From the NCBI GenBank assembly GCA_004022145.1, contig RCNU01000002.1: 64,000 nt of DNA; one strand, given 5' to 3'. The notes under the pieces were generated by a model. The model worked only from the letters and a program-made list of their open reading frames with translations, was not told where the DNA came from and did no database searches. Of the stretch, positions 37,956-52,749 are shown in pieces (position 1 is the stretch's first letter; each line of letters begins with the position of its first letter). The stretch is from Paecilomyces variotii (taxonomy: Eukaryota). Both the position numbers and the translations under genes were made by a program.

Positions 37956-39894
37956 TCATTTTCTGACGCGTCTGGCGTGACTGACGAGATTCTCGATCAC
38001 ACCTTCGAAGGCTTCTTTCTCGCTAACCAGACCGTCTCGTAGCTTGAGCCAGTATTCGAGAACCTGGCTTGCGCGATTCGTTGTGTCCTTTAGCTCCTTG
38101 ACGTGCGTCTTCAATTCAGCATCAGTAAAACCGTCCAAAGCGGCATCCGTTGTGGCGCAGAGTCGATGCACTGCCGAGAGATCCAGCTCAGGGGGAGGCG
38201 GCGGCCCGCGTCGTCGTGTAGACCTCTGCTTTGCAGAATCAGAGGCATTGGCGGACGTGGATGACCCGTCCGCTTGGCCGTCCTTCTTCTGCTGTAGATT
38301 TTGGGATGCGTCAGCCATCTTAGAACCGTCGAGATCTATAGACGGCAAAACAAGTTTCTTTTGCTTCGACGCTGGCAGAATTTCGTCAAGATCGACCGGC
38401 ACTCCCAAAGACACGAGGAAGAGTCTACGGATCCGAGACTTGACCCAGTTCGGTGGCTGCAAGGGTGGCGGAGCAACCAGCTGAGACCATAAAGAGAGAG
38501 AGCGTTCGCTGGTGAAGATGGCGGATGAATCAGGGATCGGGTCAACAGGCGGAAGGTTTGTGATTGATTTTGCATTGGGGAATAGGATGTCAAGATGGCT
38601 GTCAGTGGCAGCCGCTAGGTCGGAGAGGGACGTGAAGGAGTCGAAATCGAGGAGTGGAGGCTGTGTGACGGGTCCAATTAGTTATTGATATTTCATATTG
38701 GAATTATAACATGCGAAGAAGACCATCACGAATAGCCATTGCGCTCAGATTGATGCTTGTACTAAGACTACTTACAACAAAGGGGGAAGCAGGTGGTAAC
38801 TGAGGCGTCAGGGGGGCAGTGGATTCTTCTTCCACGGCTTCGACAAGGCTTTCTTGAAAACCATCATCGAAATCCCCAAAGTCATCGTCTGCTGCAGCCT
38901 CTCCTTCTTCAAATTCATCAAAATCGTTCATAGAGGCATCATCGTTGTCGCCATGGGGGGGTTCTTCATCCTCTTCAGTTACCAGTGTCAGCACGATCCG
39001 TAAGATTACGTTGGTCCCGACTATCAGGGCGCTTTTCTTGCCCGATATTGCGTCCATGTCCATACCAGATTGTAATGGACGAGGTATGCCAGGGAAACCG
39101 AATTGTCCAATGGTCCCCCGTTCAGGAGAAGTTGGGCTTACCGGGAGCATCCTCAACCGTCTCCGTTGCGTCAGGTAACGCATCGCTCGGACGTCTCCGG
39201 TGAGCATGCGGGGCAGAAGTTGTACCATCAGTTGGAATACTGTCCACCCGTGAAAGTAGCGTCTGAGGCACAGGGCTAGGTGGAGTCTTTTGCTCTTGCG
39301 GCGAAGCATCGATAGAATTGGACCGCGAGCCAGACTCAGCCGCCCTGAACACAAGATCCGGAGCAGCATCTGCTTTGCGGCGTTCGTAGGCCTCTGTACC
39401 TGGAACTTCTCCGTAGCTCGGGGCCTCTGGGTCGACCTTCTCAACGAGCGTCCGGGGCACTGTATTGCCGCTAGGGACTACATCCGGTTCAAGCTCGACT
39501 CTCGACCCTCTCCTGCTGTGTTGTCCTTCTGGAAGGACTTCGACCTCATCGGGGACGGCGTCTTGTTGTCTTTTCTCATAGGCAGTAGACCCAGGGACTT
39601 CGCCGTAGCTGGGTTCATCGTCCACTTTCTCAACTCTGGTTATCGGTACAGGGGACTCGGCCCTGGATGCAGGACGGGAGACCGATGCCAGTCGTCCTTC
39701 GCTAGCATCTGAGAAGTGTTCTTCATCGCTCCCTGAAGCTACAAGACCACAGTCAGTTGGCTGACGCGCCATCAGGAACTGGAAGACGCGAGGGGAAGCG
39801 TACCTGGCTCCTGAGCCCCCGGATCCTCGAGCTCTACGCTCTTCGCGGGGGGCTCCAGGTAGGTGCTTGATGGGCGCGAGGGCCGATCCGACAT
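37956..39894 (-). CDS. DUF5102/Laa2-like AP-1 accessory protein
   Basis: Exons 39894-39804, 39738-39142, 38972-38776, 38660-37956. Acidic DFDEFEE/DDDFGDFDDGF motifs, conserved block QPPNWVKSRIRRLFLVSLGVPVDLDEILP, C-terminal coiled coil, and an N-terminal duplication (VEKVD..PSYGEVPG..AYE.R..DA.PD x2). Confidence 0.75.
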
Positions 39895-40355
39895 TGGCAC
39901 GCACAATTCTGGGTCTAGCACATGCAGAGGATAGAAAGAGAGAACGACAAGGGTATGAGCAGAAATGAGAAAAACACAAGAAATGCAAGAAGAGAAGAGC
40001 ACGACGAAGTGACGCTGTTAGATACGTTTCAAACCAGATCGACGTCGACGGTCCAGGCTGGCCCACGGGGAAGCGCCTGTGGCTGCCTGAGGCTGAAACA
40101 GCTTAGGCGCCAACCGCCGCAAAAGAGCGACAAGCGCGTTCTCCCAGAGAGACAAAACGATTATGACCGTTGGATGAAGGGAGTGAACAACACATCTTAG
40201 TCCCCTTCAATTGTTTTTCTGCACCGCGAGGGGCGCTCTCATATCTGGGTGCAGTAAGTCTCTTAGTATCTTCTATTCTACCCCGTTCTGTCTGTTCTAA
40301 CTCAGCTTTTTCTTCCAGAAGCTACCCTACTTTGCGGTCCATCAGCGACAACACC

Positions 40356-42497
40356 ATGTCGAACAACAAATTCTCCTTTGGCACTCCTGCCTCCAGCGGG
40401 GCTTCTAGCGGAGGTCTTTTTGGCACAGCAGGGTGCAACAACCTCTTCGGATCTAATGCTCAGAGTGGCTCAGCAACTGGATCAAGTGGTGGTCTGTTTG
40501 GCAACGTTGGAGCATCCACAAGCGGAACGTCGTCTCCGTCATTGTTTGGGACGGCGCCCTCAGGTGCAGGTGCAAGTGCAGGACAGACTGGTTCCCTGTT
40601 TGGAGGAAGTTCAGCTGCTGGTGGTGGTTCTACTACGCCTACTTTCAGCTTTGGAAAGCAGAACCAGCCCAGCTTCACCACCCAATCGACGCCACCATTG
40701 TTCGGCGGTGCTTCTCAGACGCCCAAGACGAGCGAATCTTCTGCCCCCGGTCAGACGTCGACGAGCGGCGGCCTCTTTGGTAGTGCCCCCAAAACTGGTG
40801 GAAGCTTGTTTGGAAGCACGACTGCAACGCCCACTACATCCGGTGGTCTTTTCGGCAACAACACATCGACTACACCCGCCGGTCCTCCTCCGCTGGGTAG
40901 CTCCACTGGTCAAGGACAGTCTCTCTTTGGGAATGCGGCACAGAAACCAGGAAGCTCTAGCGGTCTGTTTGGAGGCCTAAATACGTCGACTCCTTCATCA
41001 ACCCCCGCGACTACCACTGCCGCGGCCACGCCTGCAACTACACAGTCTCAACAGACCGGTGGCCTATTTGGGGGTGGTCTATTTGGAAACCTGAACAAGG
41101 ATAAACCAGCGGAGACACCTGCGACGAGCAGCGCAGGGACCGGCGCGAAGCCTCTGTTTGGAGCGACGCCAGGTGCACCAGGCGGAACTACGCCCAGTAC
41201 ACAAGCAGCATCATCACCGTTCAAGTTTCCTTCTGCTGGATCTACGGACTCTCAGACCACCCCGAAACCTACATTCTCTCTAGGAGGAGCCGCCACCTCC
41301 CAGCCCGCTTCTAGCACCCCTGCTACATCTACTGCCACTCCACAGAAGTCCCTTTTCCCTTCACTTGGCGGAGCAGCTTCTTCAGCTACTCCATCCTCGA
41401 CTCCTGCTACAGACAATGCCGCGACTGCGACGTCAGGCGGTGCAGCTGCTGCGAAACCCGCCGCCAGCACTGGAGGCCTGTTTTCCCTTGGCAAGCCTGC
41501 CGAGACAACGACAGCGACATCTCAGCCTGCAACTACGACCACGGCTGGAACGACCACTAGCACCACTACAACTGCGCCAGCGGCAACGGGTACCACGGCG
41601 ACTACGGGTACTGCTGGTACCACTACTGGTGCGGCTGCCTTTGGCGCTTCCACGGCTGGTCCGGCACCCCCGGCGCAATCTCGTCTAAAGAATAAGACGA
41701 TGGATGAGATCATCACGCGCTGGGCTACTGATTTGACAAAGTACCAAAAAGAGTTCCGGGAGCAGGCCGAGAAGGTTGCGGAATGGGATCGGATGCTCGT
41801 GGAGAACGGCACGAAAGTGCAGAAGCTGTACGGCAGCACTGTAGACGCTGAGAGAGCCACCCAGGAGGTGGAGCGCCAGCTCGCTTCTGTTGAGGGCCAA
41901 CAAGAGGAACTGAGCTCGTGGCTGGATCGGTACGAGCGTGAAGTCGACGAGATGATGTCGAAGCAAGTCGGACCCGGAGAGACCTTGCAAGGACCCGACC
42001 AGGAGCGGGAGCGGACGTACGTATTGATTTTGTGTGTTTTTGCTACCGTTGAGATGGTGTTCTAACATGCTAGCAGTTACAAACTCGCCGAGAAGCTGTC
42101 GGAGCGTTTGGATGAGATGGGCAAGGACCTGACCAGCATGATTGAAGAGGTCAACGGTGCAACGGCCACGCTGAGCAAGACCAACAAGGCCGACGAACCT
42201 GTATGTTATACCACGATGATTTGCATGACTGTTATGATAGCTTCGAGACTAACCCGGGGGTGTCTCCCACAGATCTCCCAAATTGTCCGTATTCTCAACT
42301 CGCACCTCTCCCAGCTGCAGATGATCGACCAGGGCACGGCCGAGCTGCAAGCCAAGGTGTCCGCCGCCCAGAAGGCCGGCCAAACACTCGGCTCCCGGCT
42401 CAGCATGGGCGGTTATGGCGGCTACGGCAGCAGCAGCATTGGCGGAGGCTCCAGCGCCGCCGAAGACTTTTACCGCTCCTACATGGGTCGCAGGTGA
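40356..42497 (+). CDS. NSP1: FG-nucleoporin Nsp1/Nup62
   Basis: Exons 40356-42016, 42077-42200, 42273-42497. Many GGLFG/SLFG/FSFG repeats, then Nsp1_C (LKNKTMDEIITRWATDL...VAEWDRMLVENG...DQERERTYKLAE). Confidence 0.95.
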
Positions 42498-43399
42498 GAG
42501 GTGATCCTGTTATGGTTTTTCTTTTTTTTTATCCCCCTCTGTTAGGTAGTTCGACACGGGACCGGCTATGTTTTGCGCGCGGTGCTGGTTGACCTTCTAT
42601 TGATCTGGTTGATAACGACTGAAAGAAAATATATGTTGGGGTTTTCTTTCCTTTTCTTCTTTTTTTCTTTTCCTGCCTCATTTGGACGAATGTGCTGCTA
42701 CTGGATGTTCTATTCTAGTCTTGAGTGACCAGTTCGTTGGGGAATCATGTTGAGACTCGTAGGTCGTTGGTAGTAACTAATAGGTGCCCTTTTTCTTTTT
42801 TGTAAAACACACAAAACATAGTACGTAGCAGCGCTGCGGTTGTCCTGTAGTTTATCACATGTTAAACTCACGGGGACTTCGAGGGCTGGAAGGTTCTCAG
42901 TTCCTCTGCGGAGTTGTTCCAGGTATTATTGGTAGTAGGATCATATTTATTTTCCAATTGGATCTTACGAATGAAGCCTCCGGGCTACTATTAGGTTTTA
43001 TATTTAGCAGACCCAATTGAGATGCTTTCCCTTTCCGGAACGGGAAGCGGAATGCAGGTGGTTACGGAGTAATGACATGACATTACTATATCCAAGCAAA
43101 CAATCATCGTTTGATAGCTAGCTGGCTTGAAAATCACAGAGATATAAAATGAGGAAATAATAGTGACAATTAGGAGTGGAGGAGGGACAGGATCTCTCAG
43201 ACTGTTCTGTTTCCTGGGATAGGCCCATTCGAGACAAAAATGCCAGTCCCGATGCAACCGTCTCCCATGACTTGATTCACCCACATTGTTCTCGTGGAGA
43301 ATCCATCGCCATGAAATCTCATGAAGACGTTTCACGCGTACTCAAGGGGGTAAAGGAAGAGGATGGACGGGCAGTTGTTGGGAGTCATGCGGACGTTTC

Positions 43400-43995
43400 T
43401 TAGTTCTGCTCGCCGCCCTGGCTGCGGGTGAGCTCGTCACTGTATTGGATACTTTGTCAGCGGGGGGATTCTTCTGGGTATAAAAGATATACAATGTAAA
43501 TAAGGCCAAGGCGTCACGTACATGTGCTTGTCGAGCTCGTCGAGGTGAGCGCGCTGCTCCTTCAGCTTGGCCTTGAGGGCACGGAGCCTAGAGAGGATGA
43601 TGTCAGCTATTGATCCAGAGACACTTGTGTTGTAAAGAGAGAACACTACTTACTTCTCCATCTCCTTCTCGCGGACGTAGAGGTTCTCCTGGGCAGCCTC
43701 GCGGCGGGAGAAAGTGTCACTGCAGGCAGCAGTTAGCATTGCGATCGAGTCAAGGTGCTGTCAAGGCATTGATGCTCTGCTGAAGCATAGTATCTCATCT
43801 CTCGAGCTGTGTAGATCAAGTAGACGATGGGAAATAGCAACAACAGGAACAGGGAACGTACTCCTGCTGGGAACCACCCTTGCGGGGAGCACCGAGGTCG
43901 CCCTCGCCCATTCTGGCGGCGGCAATGGAGAATGATCGGTTAACGACGGGGGTGCTGGTACGCAGCAGAGGACGGGCAATGGCGTGGCGGAACAT
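43400..43995 (-). CDS. INH1: Mitochondrial F1Fo-ATPase inhibitor (IATP/Inh1/Stf1 family)
   Basis: Exons 43995-43862, 43719-43654, 43587-43522, 43439-43400 give MFRHAIARPLL...GEGDLGAPRKGGSQQDDTFSRREAAQENLYVREKEMEKLRALKAKLKEQRAHLDELDKHIDELTRSQGGEQN. Confidence 0.92.
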
Positions 43996-45099
43996 GGTGA
44001 TGATGGTGGTGATAATGATGGGATAGGGAAGAGGAGGAAGGGAGCTTTTATCAACAAGGACAGGATCGTGTGAAGTCAATGGGGAGAGCGGATGGGCTGA
44101 CGGTCCCCTGCTTGGACTTGGGAGGCAGCTATCGAATGACGTTGTCTCGGTCCTGGCAGGCAGAACGATTATGTCAGCCAGAACACGGGTCAACTTAACT
44201 AGTCAACTATTTGGCTTGGCATCGAGATTCCATGCAGCAGTTGGAAGGCTACAGAATGTGCAGTTATAATTTAGTTGGTTATATCCCATTATTCAGTCAC
44301 AGGTAATAATAAAAAAGAGGAAGAAGAATAGAAGGGAGAACAAGGCAGAAGCCAGTACTGACAACCTCTGATACTTGAGATTGGAACTACATATGTAACA
44401 ACATACAATGACAGTCGATGGGATGGGATGGGATGGTCTAAGTAGTGTAGTCTATGGTCTAATGAGAACGAAATCGAGATGACAACGATCATCATCAGTG
44501 TGTAGTAGTTATTGTCGATATCTAGAGTATATAACTGAATCTCTCTCGAGTAGGAGGGCGGTGGAGGGGTCACTGGATGATAGTTGCTCTAGGCGGCGGC
44601 CCACAGAACCACAGAGAGAGAGAGAAAGGGAGACAGAGAGAGAGAATGTATCGAAGTCAATCAGAATGATTATGGTGTCTATGGTCGATATGTAGAGTAA
44701 ATAATAACAATAATACACTCGAGAAGATCATAATAATAAATCCTGGTCGCAACGCCTCTGATATCACCGCCAAAAAACGAGGCCGCGAAAGCGTCTTTCA
44801 TCATCCACCGCCCGCCAGTCACGCTCCGGGTCTGCGGCCTTCCCCCGTCCAAGATCCGCTTGTTCCCTTTCGCACGCCAACCAAAACGCCAAACCCCGTC
44901 CCGATCCCAAACTTGCCCTCTCCTGCCAAACACATCAGCCTCTCCAATCTTCCCCCTCTCTCTTCTTCCCTTCGTCAAACCTCCCCAACGACATACCGAT
45001 ACCACTCCCCCATCTCGCTGTCCTATCTCCAAAAAGTCTTTGATTCTTTCTTTACCTCCTATCTCTAACCTCCCTACGACTTTCCTCGCGTTCTTCCAG

Positions 45100-45594
45100 G
45101 TGAGAACCCCCCTCTCTCCCCCCCCCCAAATCTCGACCCTTCCCCCCCCCCCTTCTCCACCGTCCCAAAGTTATCCCACGGCTCCCGGCCAGACCGCGAC
45201 TTGCGCTGCTTCCATGTCACTCGATGAATCGCATCGTCTGTCCTCCTCGTTTCCGTCCTGCTGGCTGCTAGTGAGAAAGATTATGGGCGATCGTGGTGGT
45301 GCAGGGAGACTGGATGCGAGCGTATGGAGCGGTGGTGACGAGAACCGTGTCAACATGGACTCTCTGGCTGTCATCCATGGCTCATGTCCACCACATTGCT
45401 CTCCCAACAGTGTCGCTCGAGGAATACGAGTCCAGGAAGCGGCAGTCGCGAGCTGGAGGAGGAGAATCGCTTTTGAAAAGTCCCCTTTCGCATTGTCTGG
45501 GTCTCAGGAACCCGACGGATATCCTGTCCCGCCGCGTGTCGGGGACGCATCGTCTTCCACAGCAACAATCAAATACTAACTCGCGCACGCGTAG
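45100..45594 (+). other. Probable 495-nt 5'-UTR intron of the 14-3-3 gene
   Basis: CAG|GTGAGA donor after a CT-rich TSS region, perfect TACTAAC branch point at 45574-45580, and TAG acceptor 14 nt before the ATG. Confidence 0.7.
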
Positions 45595-45608
45595 AAATTT
45601 CATTCACA

Positions 45609-46637
<1,029 letters not shown>

Positions 46638-48409
46638 ATTGGAGGCACCTTTGGAACCGCGTCATACGGCGGACGAGAGATCGAGAGGAGAGGAGGCTGC
46701 TGCTAGCGCATGGAACGAGAGCAATGAGAAAAAGAAAAAGAAGAGGCCTGTTCGGTGGTCCTCTCAAAGAGCCGCAGGAATTGGGCTTCTGTTTTCCATT
46801 CTCCTTTAAACCCCTTTCTGAAGCATATTTTCTTCCTAATGCGCACCAGGCCTTGCTGGTACTCCTGTTCCCCGACTCTGGATCCTCAGTTTTTTTACCC
46901 CCTTTTTTGCCCCAGCGTCCAAGATTTAATTTATTTTCTGATTGCCTCGCCTGCCCCCCATATTCAGCCCCCCCTAAAACCCCAGACGCTCTAGTCTCGA
47001 TCTCCTTTTTTGAACCCTTTGTGGTGTTATCCTCTGCGGCTCTAAACTTGCCGTGAGGTTTTAGATGTCAGGCAGCAGTGACTACAACAAACTAAACATA
47101 TTACATTCGAATACTCTAGATCCAGTTACCAAGTCGTAGACTCTAGTGACTAATCCTTGACTTCCTCTGTTGATGTTCATGCCAATTCAGGATCAATGGA
47201 TTCGAAGACGGTGGCCTACAACTAAACAAGGTCCGTCAAACAAGAGAAGAATATCCTCCCAATGTGTATATATCGAGAAATCCATCTCTCTCGCCCATCC
47301 TACGTCGCGTCATCACAATCATCGAAACCAAACTATACAACAAACACCCACCACGACTATACAGACCAGATATCCCATCGGCACCGGCACCATAGACACC
47401 AACCAACAGACCGCAAAATTCCGTATACACGTAACGACCTGTAGCTTTCTGCATGTCCATTGCTGACCGTCCTCGCGGATTAACTAGTTCGTTTCTCTAC
47501 TGCGGAATCAAGTACAGGAAGCGACGGCGGTGGGTGATCCAATGAGGAGGTTAGTTTAAGTCTCCTCTTCTGAGTAATGCATGTGCAATAAATACAAAAC
47601 AAGATACCATCTCAGTCATATCCATGAACGGTTGGCATCAAAAAAACCTACCTGCCACATTGGCACCACGTCCGTATTCTTCTGTTATTGTCAATTGTGG
47701 TCCTTTTTAGCGGATAGTTTGCTGTTGGATCTCGAATCTCTATTATGCCTTTGTGTGTATCTTTGTTACTTGTTATTATTGTTTACAATATGGGCAGCAG
47801 GCTAGATTCAGTATTTGGAAATTTGAGGCTGTTATCAGGGTTTTTCGTGTAACTGGGTAGTGGACGACTCGCTGTATTTAAACTATCGTCGGCTTTGGAC
47901 ATTTCTCATTCTTTCGATGAACTGCCATGAAACATGTACTCTCCTCAATGTCCGGGTATACAATAGTCATTCCGGGCCGATGGCCGAACCATAACTATAC
48001 AAGGCAGCGAAAATGAAACCGACTTAGCTCGCGACAGAAGTATAAAGGGCCGATGAAGATACCATATGTTTTTTATTTATTTACTTATGACCCGCTGCTT
48101 TCCTTTACAGGAGTTGAGCAGGCTGGCTCACGTTAGAGGTGATTGATATTCTTGAATGATATCTAGAAGGCTTTTATTACAATTAGAAATGAGTTCATAC
48201 GATCACTTCTCTCATATATGGTATATAACTTCACTATGTGTATGGTACGGGTGATAATGACTAGGTACCTAGAAGACGTTACGAATTAAGTATAATGCTA
48301 GGATGTATGTAATTAAGCGTATTCTACCAACGCGATGTCGAAGCTTATTTCGATATCGTTGGATACCTACCTAGGTATCAACCCCATCCCGACGACACCT
48401 CCATTCCTT

Positions 48410-49643
48410 TTAAGTATGGCCCACAATCTTTTTCGGCACGTACGGCTCCTCCAGATACTGTATCTCCTCCTCAGTTAACGTCTTTCCACGTACATCGACC
48501 GCCTCCTCTAAACGACTGAGACTACTGAACCCGACAATCGGGACAGTGCCCTTTTGAATGATCCACGCCAACGCAACATGGCTCATCTTCCATCCCTTTT
48601 TATCCGCTAGTTCCTGAACCCGCTTGACGATCTTCTCATCCGCCTCGGTCGTGTCCTTGACTAGGGGAGTCGTCTCGGAACGAGTCGTCTCGACTGATTG
48701 CCATGGCCTGGCGAGTAGACCGCGGTACAGCGGTGCCCAGGGGATAAGTCCGACTCCGGTCTCGTGGCAGTATTTGATCATTTCCCGCTCCTCTTCTCGG
48801 TAGCAGAGTGAGTAGTGGTTCTGCATGCTGATGAATTTGGTCCAGCCGTTCTTTTCAGCGGTGAATTGCAGCGTGGCGAATTGGTCTGTATGTATGGTAG
48901 TCAGCGAGAATGATGGTTTTGATGCACGGGGATGATGATGCTCTTACAGGCCCACATGGAACTGGCTCCGATGTAGCGCACTTTTCCGGATTGGATGAGA
49001 TCATGGAGGGCTTTCATTGTCTCTTCGGGGGGGACGGTGGAGTCGAATCTCTGTAAGAGAATGATAAAAATCGATCAGTACATACATGTCTTAAATGCAT
49101 TTAAAAAGCGCTAAACATAATATTGGGGGGAAAGAATGGACAACATACATGAATCTGAAGTAGATCGATATAATCTGTCTGCAGACGCTTCAACGAAGCA
49201 TCGACAGCATTGAATATAGCCGTACGCGACAAACCACCTTGGTTGACATAGTCCTTGCTGGCCGCCATCTCCTTCCCATATTTCACATGGAAAACAGCCG
49301 GTTCTTCACCCACAGTTCCATAACACTTGGTCAGGAGAACAAGCTTGTGTCGAGGCAAATCGTACTTCTTGATGACCCGGCCGATAAACTCCTCGCTGAC
49401 ACCGTTCGAGTATACATTGGCAGTATCCCATGTGTTGAGGCCGCGATCGTATGCGCCCTTGAGTAGGGTTTCGACCTCTGCCTCGTTGTCGTTGACCCAT
49501 GGTTGCCAGTCCTTGTGTCCGAAGGACATGGCACCCAGAATGGGGACGGAGACGCGGAGGCCAGACTTGCCCAGCTGGGCGTAGGAGACCTTGGTAGCCT
49601 CGCAGCTCTGCTTGAGACTTAGGGGAAGCGTAGTCTGTGCCAT
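48410..49643 (-). CDS. Aldo-keto reductase (aryl-alcohol dehydrogenase/AKR9-like)
   Basis: Exons 49643-49149, 49050-48948, 48885-48410. [61 protein letters not shown]. Confidence 0.93.
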
Positions 49644-52600
49644 TTTGTTCAGTCGTTCGGGGGTGTGTCACAGTATATACGAGCAACGCAAGCTTGTCGT
49701 ACAGGCTTGACAATTCAAACCTTTCAATCGGGCAGTCGAGGACAGAACAGGATGAATCCACGGGATGGAAAAGGGCCGAATATAAAAAGCAGCCCTTGGA
49801 GTCGATTGCGATTCTGCTGCCTAGTAACGCTACCACCAAGGTTCCTATATATACCTGCCGGACTGGGAAAAAGCTCTCCTAGACCGATGGATCTGGATCC
49901 CTGTGTGAAACGTACACTTATCCGTCTTTCTGCCAATTGCAAAAACATCGTGAAGCACGTCTCAGACGATTAATAATTGACCCCGGTCACACATAAACCC
50001 CGCTTCCCCCGCGTCACTTCGATGCGCGGTGTTAAATGGTGTTAAGACGGTGTTAATGCTTGAAAGAGGGGCTCAATTAATACTTCTTTTTATCTTCGAT
50101 ACGGTCGATTCCGCTAAAGATATATCTGAATGCTGAGCGGGATTCCTGTCATGGAATTGAAAGCATTATTGCGAACGGCTATCCCCTGTTGCGACCTCGT
50201 GGTTATTAGACATTGAGCTTCAGATGGTTGCAATCACGTGAAAGTAACCAAGTAGGTACCTATGTGTTCAGATATCGATGGAGCTCGAAAGACCTGATAG
50301 CCAGAATGGATGTTATTCGCTTCTCTCGAAGATCCTTAAGAATTGATGAATGGTAGAATTAAGAACAACGTGCTCCTGTTGATGGAACAGGTTATGGATT
50401 GTTGTATGTCAGGCCGGTGAAGCTTGAGGGCATCCTGTTGTCGTCAAAGGTGTCTTATTCCTTCTAACATGCGAAGAAAGTTAGCAAGGTTGAAGTGTTT
50501 ATCCATGGGAGCTGCAAACTCAGAAATAATGGCTATAGTTTATAACATACCTTTCGGTGTTTCGCTCAAAATCCGTTCTAAGATATAAGTTAAGGCAGCT
50601 GAACCCTTCACTACATCGTATAGAGGACTACCTCTTCAAAGTATACTATCAAGGAGTATTAATTCATGTTCTTGGCCCTCGAAAAGTGTCCCGGCAAACA
50701 AACAATCGAATCGCAAAGCATCATCTAACACTAACAGCGTCAATGGAAGCATGATATCATGAACCGAACGCTAGAAAACGATACTTTGACGATCACGGAG
50801 GGTAGGGTCGCTGCATCAAAACCAGATTCAGAAGGATTAAAGACGCATGAAGCAATACTCCATACAGAGTACAGAGTACCATTGAGGTTTGGAGCAATCC
50901 TCGACGTCAGCTTATCATCAAGAATATCATCAACCAGATCTCATCCCCCCTCCCTCCTCTCCCCGCAGTAAGCTCCGTAAGATGAGAAAATAGTTCCATG
51001 ATTAATGCCAACTATAAAATGAGTACGTGTCAGATGAATCTGTCCTGTGATCGAAGATCCGGGGATACCGACAATATATCCTAAGGATGGCACCTTGTGT
51101 GTATGTATGTATGTACTGTATCTACAACCTAAGCCTAAAATTCAGTCAGCTTTCTCTGCATAACTACGGTAGGTAGTTAGTTAGTTAGTCAATAACCCCA
51201 GAACAAATGGTATACAATCAAACATTTATAACCCCTAATCCCTACCATACAATCCGACGGAATGCAGCGGAACTGACAAAGTAAATACACAGCGAGTAAC
51301 TAACTTAACTCATAGTCACTTCCCAGTAACTGATTGGTCTGTCAAGACACGAATTAGGAAAATCTCTCAATCACGATTGGGGGAGACTAAGGGCCAAATG
51401 CCGAGCATGATCTATTCACCATCCAATAACTATTTTCCCTCATGAGAATTGACAATTAGTCTGTTGTATCTTTTTCTTTTCTTCCCCTAGCCTTCGTTCA
51501 CATGACGCACAATAATGCCAATAACTTATATTTGGTTCCACAAACAGCGTCATGTTTAACTCTATCTATCTACCTTAGACACGCGGTATGGATTCGGAAG
51601 GAGGGCTCGTGACCTATTATTATTCTACATATAATGGCAATTAACCACGTATTATTATTTATCACTCCTCCGTAGTTAAGTAGTAGTAAGTATCGTATGT
51701 ACATATGTCGATTTCTCGCCTTGGAGAATGAATTAATGATCTTCATTCCTTCATGATCGGTAAGATAAATATGGTACATACATAATACATTCAGCTTTGA
51801 AGTAATAGGGTGTCTTCCTTCCTTCCCCCCGTTTCCGACAGCCGTGAACCCGAAATATCCAGCCATTAATTATTCTCTCTTGTTTTTTTCGAGATCCACT
51901 TATCACTTATAGAGTACTTAGTTAAGTTATTCTCAAACCAAAGAATTCCTCTTGAAGCCATGCATTGACTCAAACACCGCAATTCATTACGGTACGTTAC
52001 GTAAATATCTACTCCCAACTTCCTCGACGTGGAACAACCAAATCAAATAAAACAAAACATCCCAGTAGATACTTGAAACCCCTACTCTAAACTCAGCTAT
52101 ATTAAGCGGCTCAGCTTCTCCCCTAGTGTTGAAAAGTATTCCGTAAAATGAGCGGGAAAGGCGGGGGGGAAGTGTGGACCATAAGTTGATTTTCATGTAT
52201 GGTATACGTATACGTATGTATATACATCCCTGCCTCAATGTCTCAGTGGCGCCGGGCCATGATAACCAGTCAGGTACGCGAGATGCGTTTTTCTTTTTTA
52301 ACTCCAGACGCCGCCACCCACCCTTCTGGGATCTTTGCGCCTTGCTAGGAACAAGAAAGAAAAACAAAAAGATAAGTTCGGATTTGTGGAAGGGTTTTGG
52401 ATTTTTTTGGGAATTAATTTAAATCAATTGGCTGGTTGATTACGAGGCGTGATTTGCGATTCATGCCCCGGTGGCCAACGATTATTGTCAGACTCCGCTG
52501 TCAGCCAGGTGTGGGAAGGGGGGGCGTTCGAGGGAAGAAGATCTGCACTTGGAACGAGGCTTAATGTTGATCGATGACGGTGATTGCGATGGTGGGATCG

Positions 52601-52749
52601 GCGATCGGGTCGGTAATACTCTCTCCTTGGATGGCTGGGTATGGGGGATGGTGAGATTCTTCATCTAATAGTTGAGAAGTATCCTGTTTGAGATAAGACG
52701 AGTTACGATAGTTAATTACGCATAAGAGATATGGATGAAGATGAATTTT

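Noticed and set aside
40170-40355. N-terminal extensions of NSP1 (and similar TTG/GTG-started extensions for TIM50, RPD3 and SCOCO in the ORF track)
   Set aside because: Artefacts of bacterial-style start calling; good ATGs exist at the expected N-termini.
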